From a virus, in the IMG/VR virus record IMGVR_UViG_3300030104_005963: 64,000 bases of DNA; one strand, given 5' to 3'. The notes beneath the pieces were generated by a model. The model saw only the letters and a program-made list of their open reading frames with translations, was not told the origin of the DNA and did no database searches. The position numbers were made by a program, and so were the translations under genes. This document shows, piece after piece, positions 9,924 through 16,934 of this stretch (within the stretch, counting starts at the first letter, position 1; every line of letters begins with the position of its first letter).

Positions 9924-11142
9924 TTCAGTCGGTATCGGACTAACTAATCCATCTCATAAACTTCATGTTAATGGAGGACTTAAGGGAGATTATATAGAAA
10001 CAAGTGCTCATGCTGTTTGGACTCAATCCGTTGATACAGGGACCGGAGGAGAGTCGGGAGGAGTCATACTTAAAACAAATCCGGATCAAACTAGTTCTAA
10101 TTTAAGTGGAGCATTTATATACAGAGTCAGGGCAGTTGTAAAAGGCACCGGTACAGATACGGGGGCTGCGTGGTTAGTCTATTACAATGAAGCAGCTGCT
10201 CAGTATGTAGTAAGATTTGTCTCTAGGAGCGGAACCAGTTCAAACCATCCTCGACTAAGGATTGTTAATACCAATCAAATGGAGCTCTATACAACTCATA
10301 ACAGCAATTATCCTGTAAGAGTCGTCACAGAGAGATTCTATACAGAAGAACCTGATTCTACACTACATGCAATGGGTAGTGATTACCATTGGCAAAGAAA
10401 TGCTAACAATTTAAGTTACACTGATGGTAATATTACTACCAATGCTTTAACCGCGAATCCCCTCAATCTAACGTCAACTAATGGTTGGGTAAGGTCTGCA
10501 TACGGCGCAATTTCTAATAGTACAGTATCAACTCTAAACAATTTATTAATTGGTCAGAATATGAGGGGATACCTCTCTGGAATTGACGGAAGTAGTTCTA
10601 ATAATAATTTCTATCATACTGTAACTCACGGGGCCATGGGGTATAATGGAATTGAATTTTGTTACAATGGAGTAATGAAGTTCTTCGCCGGTACTGGTGG
10701 AACAACTGCTAACAACTCATTCACTCCAGGATTAAGATTCCAAATACAGAACACGATGGCATCATTCATGGATGGCACTTCTGTATCTCAGGGTGATTCA
10801 GTTGCTTTCCATAACGGAATGCGTAGTTACAGCAATAGAGGTTATGTTGCAGGAAACGGCACAGTATCATGTACTCTTAATGTTGCTAATTCACAGACTA
10901 CATATCTTGTAATAGCTGGTTTCAATCACTACGGTCTCTTAAGTTACGGATGTACATACATGGCATTTACTGCAACGGGCACATCCGGAGAAACTACAAA
11001 TATTATTAATGATACTCCCACCAGTCTGGGTGGTGGTTGGTCTGTAAATCAAGGATCCACAACACAACTTGTAGTTAGTAAATCTGCGGGTTCCTATGTA
11101 GGTGGTGGATACTGGTTTGTCCACATTATGGCGGCGTCTTAA
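8602..11142 (+). CDS. Tail-fibre protein
   Basis: 846 aa with GTLTYEDVTNIDSVGLITART and four ERLRITS repeats; immediately followed by a fibre-assembly chaperone gene. Confidence 0.8.
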   Translation: MAVTQSTNLADFSSGVDTSGNTINVGTALTLGHTQGVQFHTQHLHATGFEVNNINASGIITASSANFNGNVSIAGTLTYEDVTNIDSVGLITARTGIKVLNSGGVQVATGATINGTTNTITALTNGSERLRITSAGNFGIGDTNPDFNLVVKSSTNTNANILAVKDSDGIKMVSVEQDSNGNGRLFVRDTSGNPDVLLHTNGNSYFNGGNVGVGTDNPALKLHVEDSGSQIIRFARTGIGAGSLDIDGDGNAVFNSHTTNADVIFHTQTNERLRITSGGELVSTNGTLRRNVSDSSFTVSGDSASNTGANINLYGASHSSLASVFRVRTGSTERLRITSDGTILAGGQSSSYDGGFVNLELRKDSNTVGGSMTLINDTASQAGATCEIDCYQNFRGAGKIVFGRENANNWQSSAGGAASFLAFHTNNAGTIAERLRITSAGSVGIGLTNPSHKLHVNGGLKGDYIETSAHAVWTQSVDTGTGGESGGVILKTNPDQTSSNLSGAFIYRVRAVVKGTGTDTGAAWLVYYNEAAAQYVVRFVSRSGTSSNHPRLRIVNTNQMELYTTHNSNYPVRVVTERFYTEEPDSTLHAMGSDYHWQRNANNLSYTDGNITTNALTANPLNLTSTNGWVRSAYGAISNSTVSTLNNLLIGQNMRGYLSGIDGSSSNNNFYHTVTHGAMGYNGIEFCYNGVMKFFAGTGGTTANNSFTPGLRFQIQNTMASFMDGTSVSQGDSVAFHNGMRSYSNRGYVAGNGTVSCTLNVANSQTTYLVIAGFNHYGLLSYGCTYMAFTATGTSGETTNIINDTPTSLGGGWSVNQGSTTQLVVSKSAGSYVGGGYWFVHIMAAS

Positions 11143-11154
11143 TTTTTAACTATT

Positions 11155-11568
11155 ATGGAAAATACATTTAAAGTACCAACAGAAACTACAAAAACAAATT
11201 TTGTTTTTAACCAGGACGGGTCTATTAGATTAGCCGCAGAAAATCTTGCGGGAATCATTGTAGAGGAAACTGATATAGTTGTAGAATCAGATATTCAGAT
11301 CGAATACAATAAGATATACAAATTAGTAAATGGTGAGATTATTGCCGAGAACTATGAGATGCCTTTAGAATTAATAAATGCTTCTCTCTGGGATGAAGTC
11401 AGGAAGAAAAGAAATAAACTCTTGAAAGAGACTGACTGGATTGTAACAGTCTCTAATGAGAATGGCACAAGTGTTCCTGATAATTGGAAAGAATATAGGC
11501 AAGCTCTTAGAGATATTACAACTCAGGATGATCCTAAGAACGTCACTTGGCCGATTAAACCATCTTAA
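11155..11568 (+). CDS. Tail-fibre assembly chaperone
   Basis: C-terminal WDEVRKKRNKLLKETDW...WKEYRQALRDIT...WPIKP is the classic tail assembly chaperone signature. Confidence 0.85.
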   Translation: MENTFKVPTETTKTNFVFNQDGSIRLAAENLAGIIVEETDIVVESDIQIEYNKIYKLVNGEIIAENYEMPLELINASLWDEVRKKRNKLLKETDWIVTVSNENGTSVPDNWKEYRQALRDITTQDDPKNVTWPIKPS

Positions 11569-11583
11569 AAATTTTTTAAATAA

Positions 11584-11612
11584 TTGACTTTTAAATTTAA
11601 CTAAGATATAAT
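11584..11612 (+). promoter_or_regulatory. Sigma70-type promoter
   Basis: TTGACT (11584)-17 nt-TATAAT (11607), upstream of the glutaredoxin gene. Confidence 0.75.
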
Positions 11613-11636
11613 ATAAAGTATTTAATTTTTGTTGTC

Positions 11637-11873
11637 ATGACTTATATCATTTATTCCAAAACCAATTGTCCTTATTGCACAAAGGTTAAGAGTGTGTTAG
11701 AATTGACAGAGCAAAGACATGTGGTTTATGTTTTAGATAGAGATTTTACACGAGAGGAGTTCTATCAAAAATTTGGTGTAGGATCTACATTTCCACAAGT
11801 TATTTGTGATGATAAACAATTGGGAGGTTGCGTTGACACTATCAAATTCCTCAGAGAACAACGAATCATATAA
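11637..11873 (+). CDS. nrdC: Glutaredoxin (T4 NrdC-like)
   Basis: 78 aa with the CPYC active site, TFPQV and GGCVD. Confidence 0.9.
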   Translation: MTYIIYSKTNCPYCTKVKSVLELTEQRHVVYVLDRDFTREEFYQKFGVGSTFPQVICDDKQLGGCVDTIKFLREQRII

Positions 11874-12081
11874 ACCTGTAATAAATAAAAATAATATTAA
11901 TGTAAATCGTGGTGTTGAACTCTTTCTTAATGGAGGTAAAAAGAAGCAAAATCAATTTCATATTATCTTTGATAAGATGGTTTGCTTTTTAAATAGGGAA
12001 GTTACCATCCATTTTGAATTTTCTTTTAATCTTAAAAAGAAAAAGGTAGTTCCCAGGAGGAAAAACAATGTTAGCAGTTAG
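11806..12081 (+). CDS. Hypothetical protein (start uncertain)
   Basis: Fills the gap between glutaredoxin and the 12068 ORF; the annotated ATG overlaps glutaredoxin by 68 nt. Confidence 0.45.
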   Translation: MMINNWEVALTLSNSSENNESYKPVINKNNINVNRGVELFLNGGKKKQNQFHIIFDKMVCFLNREVTIHFEFSFNLKKKKVVPRRKNNVSS

Positions 12082-12298
12082 TTTAGTTTTTGGTTCATTT
12101 ATAACAGTACTTTTTTTAATTGTAGGACTTATTGGTGGATGGACTGCTAGAGAATACATGATGAATTATCGGGAAGTACCAAGACCTCACCCCGAAATGT
12201 TTGATAACCAAGGAAATCTTATTCCTGATGAGGTCATAGCATTTAATTTTGAAAACTATTATGACGACAACGAAGAAAGCAACGACGAAGAAAACTAA
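12068..12298 (+). CDS. Hypothetical small membrane protein
   Basis: N-terminal hydrophobic helix, HPEMFD motif and acidic tail; AGGAGG Shine-Dalgarno upstream. Confidence 0.7.
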   Translation: MLAVSLVFGSFITVLFLIVGLIGGWTAREYMMNYREVPRPHPEMFDNQGNLIPDEVIAFNFENYYDDNEESNDEEN

Positions 12299-12866
12299 GA
12301 CGGTTACTGTGACGGCAAAATCCTCTACTAATTTAAATCTTCCAAAAAATCCTTTTATGTTTGAGGTTTTGGATTTAGTTTCCAGACAAAGATCTAAGGC
12401 AAAAAAGATTGAAGTTCTCAAAAAATATGAAGAACTTTGCCTTAAGGGAATTCTTATTTGGAACTATGATGAATCTATTGTAACTCTTCTTCCTGAAGGT
12501 GAAGTTCCATATGCAGATCCTGAGGATCAAGTCACTTATAGTGGAACTCTTTCTACAAAAATTGATGAAACAATTCGTAAGTTGCACGAGAATGGTTCAT
12601 TTTCACTAGGAGCCGGTGATTCTCAAGGTAGAACAACTATTCGTAGAGAATTTAAAAACTTCTATCAATTCGTAAAAGGTGGTAATCCAGGTTTAAATAG
12701 CATTCGTCGTGAGACGATGTTTATTAACATTCTTCAAGGTCTTCATCCATTAGAAGCAGAAATCCTATGTTTGGTAAAGGATGGAAATTTAGAAGACAAA
12801 TACAAAATTACAAAGGAAATTATATCGGAAGCATATTCGGACATTAAATGGGGAGGACGTTCTTAA
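12261..12866 (+). CDS. Hypothetical protein
   Basis: The likely start is ATG 12261. Long ORF in operon context (RRETMFINILQGLHPLEAEILCLVKD). Confidence 0.7.
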   Translation: MTTTKKATTKKTKTVTVTAKSSTNLNLPKNPFMFEVLDLVSRQRSKAKKIEVLKKYEELCLKGILIWNYDESIVTLLPEGEVPYADPEDQVTYSGTLSTKIDETIRKLHENGSFSLGAGDSQGRTTIRREFKNFYQFVKGGNPGLNSIRRETMFINILQGLHPLEAEILCLVKDGNLEDKYKITKEIISEAYSDIKWGGRS

Positions 12867-13222
12867 TGGCAAATCAATTGGGTGATGCACCCGTTCGTAA
12901 AAAAGATGAAGAAATGGAACAATCAAATACAGATAGTGGAGCAGTTAATCCTTTAAAATATGGTTGTGAAATTATTCTAGAAAAAACAACAATGGAAAAA
13001 GTAAAGGATAAATCTTTTCCTACTGATGCTAGAATTGTAAGGTATGTTGAAAATGGTGTGGAACATATAGATCTTACCAGAGGTAAGAAAATGGTAAACA
13101 TTTTTGATATGTACTATGATAGATACGGAAAAAATTCCGTAAAGGCAATCGACTTTGGATATGGTTCAGTCAATCCAAAGATGTGGGGTTACAAGTCACC
13201 CGAAAAGAAAAAGCGGAAGTGA
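12866..13222 (+). CDS. Hypothetical protein
   Basis: ATG 12866 overlaps the upstream TAA (TAATG), suggesting translational coupling. Confidence 0.7.
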   Translation: MANQLGDAPVRKKDEEMEQSNTDSGAVNPLKYGCEIILEKTTMEKVKDKSFPTDARIVRYVENGVEHIDLTRGKKMVNIFDMYYDRYGKNSVKAIDFGYGSVNPKMWGYKSPEKKKRK

Positions 13223-13282
13223 ATTCCTAGATATCGGAAAAAAAATTCCGGAAAATTTTTGGTCTGTAGGGTTTTTTAAAAA

Positions 13283-13471
13283 ATGAGCAAAGGATTTGAT
13301 ATAGATTCTGTCGATATTGAAATGTCGAAAGAAGATATGAAACAATTAATTAAAAAATACAAAAAATTAAAAAAATATCAAAATTCTAATTTTCATGCCA
13401 TTCGTAAATTGAACGGTGAGAATACGATTATTGATGAACTAATTAAAGAATCGGAAGATTACAAAATGTAG
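13283..13471 (+). CDS. Hypothetical protein
   Basis: 62-aa ORF with phage-like composition; its stop codon lies inside the NtcA-type box. Confidence 0.6.
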   Translation: MSKGFDIDSVDIEMSKEDMKQLIKKYKKLKKYQNSNFHAIRKLNGENTIIDELIKESEDYKM

Positions 13472-13482
13472 CACATAATACA
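13467..13482. promoter_or_regulatory. NtcA-type binding site
   Basis: TGTAGCACATAATACA matches TGTA-N8-TACA and ends 7 nt upstream of a -35 box. Confidence 0.6.
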
Positions 13483-13489
13483 AAACTAC

Positions 13490-13518
13490 TTGACTATATA
13501 ATAGAGAGGGTTTATAAT
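13490..13518 (+). promoter_or_regulatory. Sigma70-type promoter
   Basis: TTGACT (13490)-17 nt-TATAAT (13513). The predicted +1 (about 13525) coincides with the first base of the aptamer-like RNA. Confidence 0.8.
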
Positions 13519-13524
13519 AGACCC

Positions 13525-13756
13525 ATCGTTCATCCCATTATGTGGGACGCAAGTAAGTCGTGGAACGGATCGTTCATCCCATGTTAATAGAAGTACTTCT
13601 ATCTACAGCACTTACATGTCAAGAATCCGATACTTTATTGTTGAGGATTGAAAAACATGAAAACTTACCAGAAATGGTAAAGAATGAACTGGTTGAAACT
13701 GTAAAGGACTCAACTAATTCTAAGTGTATATGGGACGCAAACGACTAAAGGAACGG
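13525..13756 (+). ncRNA. Glutamine-riboswitch-like (glnA/Downstream-peptide family) double aptamer
   Basis: Two units of CGUUCAUCCC...UGGGACGCAA...GGAACGG with P1 CGUUC/GAACG and P2 UCCCA/UGGGA. An AAGUAAG...AAAG E-loop-like segment and complementary AGUCG/CGACU are present. It lies directly upstream of a DUF4278-like gene. Confidence 0.7.
13581..13748 (+). CDS. 55-aa ORF nested inside the riboswitch-like structure
   Basis: ATG 13581 to TAA 13748: MLIEVLLSTALTCQESDTLLLRIEKHENLPEMVKNELVETVKDSTNSKCIWDAND. The track starts it at GTG 13560. Confidence 0.55.
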   Translation: MLIEVLLSTALTCQESDTLLLRIEKHENLPEMVKNELVETVKDSTNSKCIWDAND

Positions 13757-13789
13757 ACCTAAAAATCCAATTACTTTAGGAGTAACAAA

Positions 13790-13954
13790 ATGAACACACT
13801 AAACATCATCAAAAGACAAATCGATAAGCAGGCAGCCCTGCACGATGCACAAATCAGAGTCACCAAATATCGTGGTGTCTCCTGTGAAGTGCATCAGGCA
13901 AATGAGGAAACTCACGGCACTTTCTGCTACCGTGGTCGTACTTACACCAAATGA
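13790..13954 (+). CDS. DUF4278-like small protein (not in ORF track)
   Basis: AGGAG Shine-Dalgarno at 13778. Translation MNTLNIIKRQIDKQAALHDAQIRVTKYRGVSCEVHQANEETHGTFCYRGRTYTK has two YRG motifs, the DUF4278 hallmark. Confidence 0.75.
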   Translation: MNTLNIIKRQIDKQAALHDAQIRVTKYRGVSCEVHQANEETHGTFCYRGRTYTK

Positions 13955-13961
13955 TTGATAT

Positions 13962-13989
13962 GAGAGGGTTAAGAACCCTCTCTTTTTTT
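13962..13989 (+). terminator. Rho-independent terminator
   Basis: GAGAGGGTT-aag-AACCCTCTC followed by T7. Confidence 0.9.
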
Positions 13990-14125
13990 ATACTTATATG
14001 AAAAAGAAACAAATGTTAGTGAATTAACACAAACGAGTCTATATAATATAGAATTAAGGAATAATCTTATGAATTGAAATTCATGACTTTGTTATGATAA
14101 AAAAAATTTACTTACGGGAGATTAA

Positions 14126-14305
14126 ATGCACAATAGACTATCTCGTAATCAATTAGCAGAATGGAATCATTTTGAAAAGTTATCAAATAGGTATAATGAA
14201 GAATTAGATTTGATAAATGATTATTTTGACTGTTTAATTGAGTGTGATGACGACCAAGGAACTTGTAAAAGAATTTGTAAAAATTTGCTTAATGTGGGGG
14301 GTTGA
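14126..14305 (+). CDS. Small four-Cys protein (not in ORF track)
   Basis: GGGAG Shine-Dalgarno; MHNRLSRNQLAEWNHFEKLSNRYNEELDLINDYFDCLIECDDDQGTCKRICKNLLNVGG (59 aa). Confidence 0.7.
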   Translation: MHNRLSRNQLAEWNHFEKLSNRYNEELDLINDYFDCLIECDDDQGTCKRICKNLLNVGG

Positions 14306-14320
14306 CTACCCTCCTTTTTT
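14296..14320 (+). terminator. Rho-independent terminator
   Basis: GGGGGGT-tgact-ACCCTCC followed by a T run. Confidence 0.75.
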
Positions 14321-14353
14321 TGTGTAAAATGATAAGGTTATATTCTATTTCTT

Positions 14354-14533
14354 ATGGAAAAGGAAAGACTCAAATTAATAGTTAAAAATTTAGAACTATT
14401 AGTTGATTCTCTCAAGGCAGAAATATTTTCTGATGAAGAAGCTTATCTTGATAAGAGAGAAAATTTTGATGATCCTCCACACTACTATGGAGATTACGAT
14501 GAACTTTATGACGATGCTGGTTACTCCGACTAA
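14354..14533 (+). CDS. Hypothetical protein (not in ORF track)
   Basis: MEKERLKLIVKNLELLVDSLKAEIFSD...YDDAGYSD (59 aa), ending 6 nt before thyX. Confidence 0.7.
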   Translation: MEKERLKLIVKNLELLVDSLKAEIFSDEEAYLDKRENFDDPPHYYGDYDELYDDAGYSD

Positions 14534-14539
14534 AAACTT

Positions 14540-15175
14540 ATGACAGTAAAACTTGTTAGTATTACTCCCGATGCGGAGAAAATGATGGCATATGTTGCTC
14601 GGGTGAGCAATCCATCAAATCAGGATAATGAAAAATATTCTGGTCTTCTAAAATACTGTATTAAGCACAATCACTGGAGTGTGTTTGAACAGAGTTACAT
14701 GACTCTAGAAATTGAAACTACAAGAGCGATTGCATCTCAAATACTGCGCCATCGTAGTTTTACATATCAAGAATTTTCACAACGATATGCAGATTCTTCA
14801 CTTTTAGGTGAAAAAATCAAACTTCCAGAATTAAGAAGACAGGATACTAAAAATCGTCAAAATAGTATTGATGACCTTGATCCATTTACCGTTCAGAATC
14901 TAGAACTGCAGATGCAGACTCTGTTTGATTCTTCCATGGCACTGTATCAGCAGATGTTGGAACGAGGAGTGGCAAAGGAATGTGCAAGAAATGTGCTTCC
15001 ACTCTGTGTAGGCACTAAAATTTACATGACCGGTTCATGTCGATCATGGATCCATTACATAAATTTGAGGTCCGCAAACGGCACTCAGAAGGAGCACATG
15101 GATGTCGCACTCGCATGTAAGGAAGTGTTCACAGAGCAGTTCCCTGCCGTTTCTGAGGCACTAGAGTGGATCTAA
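14540..15175 (+). CDS. thyX: FAD-dependent thymidylate synthase
   Basis: HNHWSVFE, QILRHRSFTYQEFSQRY, KECARNVLP and RSWIHYINLR...QKEH motifs. Confidence 0.97.
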   Translation: MTVKLVSITPDAEKMMAYVARVSNPSNQDNEKYSGLLKYCIKHNHWSVFEQSYMTLEIETTRAIASQILRHRSFTYQEFSQRYADSSLLGEKIKLPELRRQDTKNRQNSIDDLDPFTVQNLELQMQTLFDSSMALYQQMLERGVAKECARNVLPLCVGTKIYMTGSCRSWIHYINLRSANGTQKEHMDVALACKEVFTEQFPAVSEALEWI

Positions 15176-15200
15176 ATACGTTTATATTGAATTCATAACA

Positions 15201-15446
15201 ATGGCAACATATCCTGTAAAGCATAAAGAGACTGGTGAAACGAAAGATGTTGTAATGAGCATTCATGACTGGGATCAGTGGAGAGAAAACAATCCCGAAT
15301 GGGAAAGATACTATACTCCTGAAAATGCACCATCCTTTGGTGAAGTTGGTGAATGGAAGGATAAACTTCGTAAGAAAAATCCTGGTTGGAATGATGTATT
15401 ATCAAAGGTTAAAAAAATGCCCGGTTCATCCATAAACAAAATTTGA
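15201..15446 (+). CDS. Hypothetical protein
   Basis: 81-aa ORF between thyX and phoH, preceded by the late-type promoter CTAAATA at about 15173. Confidence 0.75.
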   Translation: MATYPVKHKETGETKDVVMSIHDWDQWRENNPEWERYYTPENAPSFGEVGEWKDKLRKKNPGWNDVLSKVKKMPGSSINKI

Positions 15447-15447
15447 T

Positions 15448-16206
15448 ATGGCACGAAGAAAAAGAGCATCTGCAGAACAACCCATTGGGGTTGGATTAAC
15501 TGCAAAGCAGATGAAAAGGAAAAAACCTCTCAGTCAGGAATATTTGGTCGATATTGAACCACTCTCCGAGAATCAAAAAGTACTTTTTGATTCTTATAGG
15601 AATGGAAAACAAATTGTCGCCTATGGATGTGCAGGAACAGGTAAAACCTTTATTACTCTGTATAATGCATTGATGGATGTTCTCTCTGAGAATACTCCAT
15701 ATGAAAGAATCTATCTTGTCCGTTCTCTTGTGGCAACCAGGGAAATTGGTTTTCTTCCTGGAGATCATGAAGACAAGGCGGATATTTACCAAATTCCTTA
15801 TAAGAATATGGTGAAATATATGTTCCAAATGCCATCTGATGCTGATTTTGAGATGCTTTATGGTAATCTTAAATCACAGGATACGATTAAATTTTGGAGC
15901 ACATCATTTCTTCGTGGAACAACTCTTGATAATTCTATTGTCATTGTCGATGAGTTCCAAAATCTCAACTTTCATGAATTAGATTCTATTATCACTCGTG
16001 TTGGTGAAAATACCAAAATTTGTTTCTGTGGTGATGCCAGTCAATCGGATCTGACAAAATCAAATGATAGAAATGGTATTGTTGACTTCATGAACATCTT
16101 GAGAAAAATGCAATCTTTTGATATAATAGAGTTTGGTGTCGATGATATTGTTCGTTCTGGACTTGTCAAGGAATACATTATTGCAAAAATGGAATCAGGT
16201 TTTTAA
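15448..16206 (+). CDS. phoH: PhoH-like ATPase
   Basis: GCAGTGKT Walker A, EIGFLPG, FLRGTTLD, IVDEFQN, TRVGEN and GDASQSDL. Confidence 0.97.
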   Translation: MARRKRASAEQPIGVGLTAKQMKRKKPLSQEYLVDIEPLSENQKVLFDSYRNGKQIVAYGCAGTGKTFITLYNALMDVLSENTPYERIYLVRSLVATREIGFLPGDHEDKADIYQIPYKNMVKYMFQMPSDADFEMLYGNLKSQDTIKFWSTSFLRGTTLDNSIVIVDEFQNLNFHELDSIITRVGENTKICFCGDASQSDLTKSNDRNGIVDFMNILRKMQSFDIIEFGVDDIVRSGLVKEYIIAKMESGF

Positions 16207-16934
16207 TGGAAATATTCAGAGATTATGAATTGGGTAAGAAACTTAATTTTCAATATTCAAATTCAAATCCTTTCCCTCACATAGTTTTAGATAATTTTAT
16301 TGATTCTACTGTTGCTATGCAATGTTTCAATGAATTAAAAACTACAGACTATTGGGCAAATGAATCATCCAATAATGCATATATGTCACCACATCAAGTG
16401 AGTAAGTTTTTTACTCCTTGGGATACTAATAGCTTAGAGCAACTTAAGTACATAACACCTACTGTTTACCACTCTCTTAAATATTTTAATTCTAATATAT
16501 TCCTCTCATATCTTGAGGATTTGACCGGTATTAAAGGATTGATGGGTGATCCAGGTTTTTCTGGTGGTGGTGCTCATCAGATAAGAACTGATGGTAAGTT
16601 ATCATTACATGTTGACTTCAATATTCATTCTAAAACAAGATATTTTAGAGTTCTTAATCTTCTTATCTATCTGAATCCTGAATGGGATAAAGAATGGGAA
16701 GGTGCATTGGAGTTGTGGGATTTGGATAATAAGAAACTTGCTCATAAGATATATCCTATCTTTAATAGAGCAGTTATCTTTACTTTGTCTGACAAGTCAG
16801 TTCACGGGCATCCTATTCCACTAAAGACACCAGAAGGAATTGAAAGATATTCTTTAGCACTTTATTATTATATTGAGGAACCAAATCAAGATTATTATGA
16901 AAGAACTTCGGTAGTTTGGCATGATTTCAATTGA
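16206..16934 (+). CDS. 2OG-Fe(II) oxygenase (prolyl-hydroxylase-like)
   Basis: FPHIVLDNF, LSLHVDFN (HxD), LNLLIYLN...EGALELW, FNRAVIF, HGH and RYSLALYYY. Confidence 0.9.
   Translation: MEIFRDYELGKKLNFQYSNSNPFPHIVLDNFIDSTVAMQCFNELKTTDYWANESSNNAYMSPHQVSKFFTPWDTNSLEQLKYITPTVYHSLKYFNSNIFLSYLEDLTGIKGLMGDPGFSGGGAHQIRTDGKLSLHVDFNIHSKTRYFRVLNLLIYLNPEWDKEWEGALELWDLDNKKLAHKIYPIFNRAVIFTLSDKSVHGHPIPLKTPEGIERYSLALYYYIEEPNQDYYERTSVVWHDFN

Noticed and set aside
3335-11142. Diversity-generating retroelement targeting the fibres
   Set aside because: There is no reverse transcriptase and no template/variable repeat pair differing only at adenines.
13560-13580. GTG start at 13560 for the nested ORF
   Set aside because: It lies within conserved aptamer helices with no Shine-Dalgarno. 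ATG 13581 is preferred, though neither has a strong ribosome-binding site.
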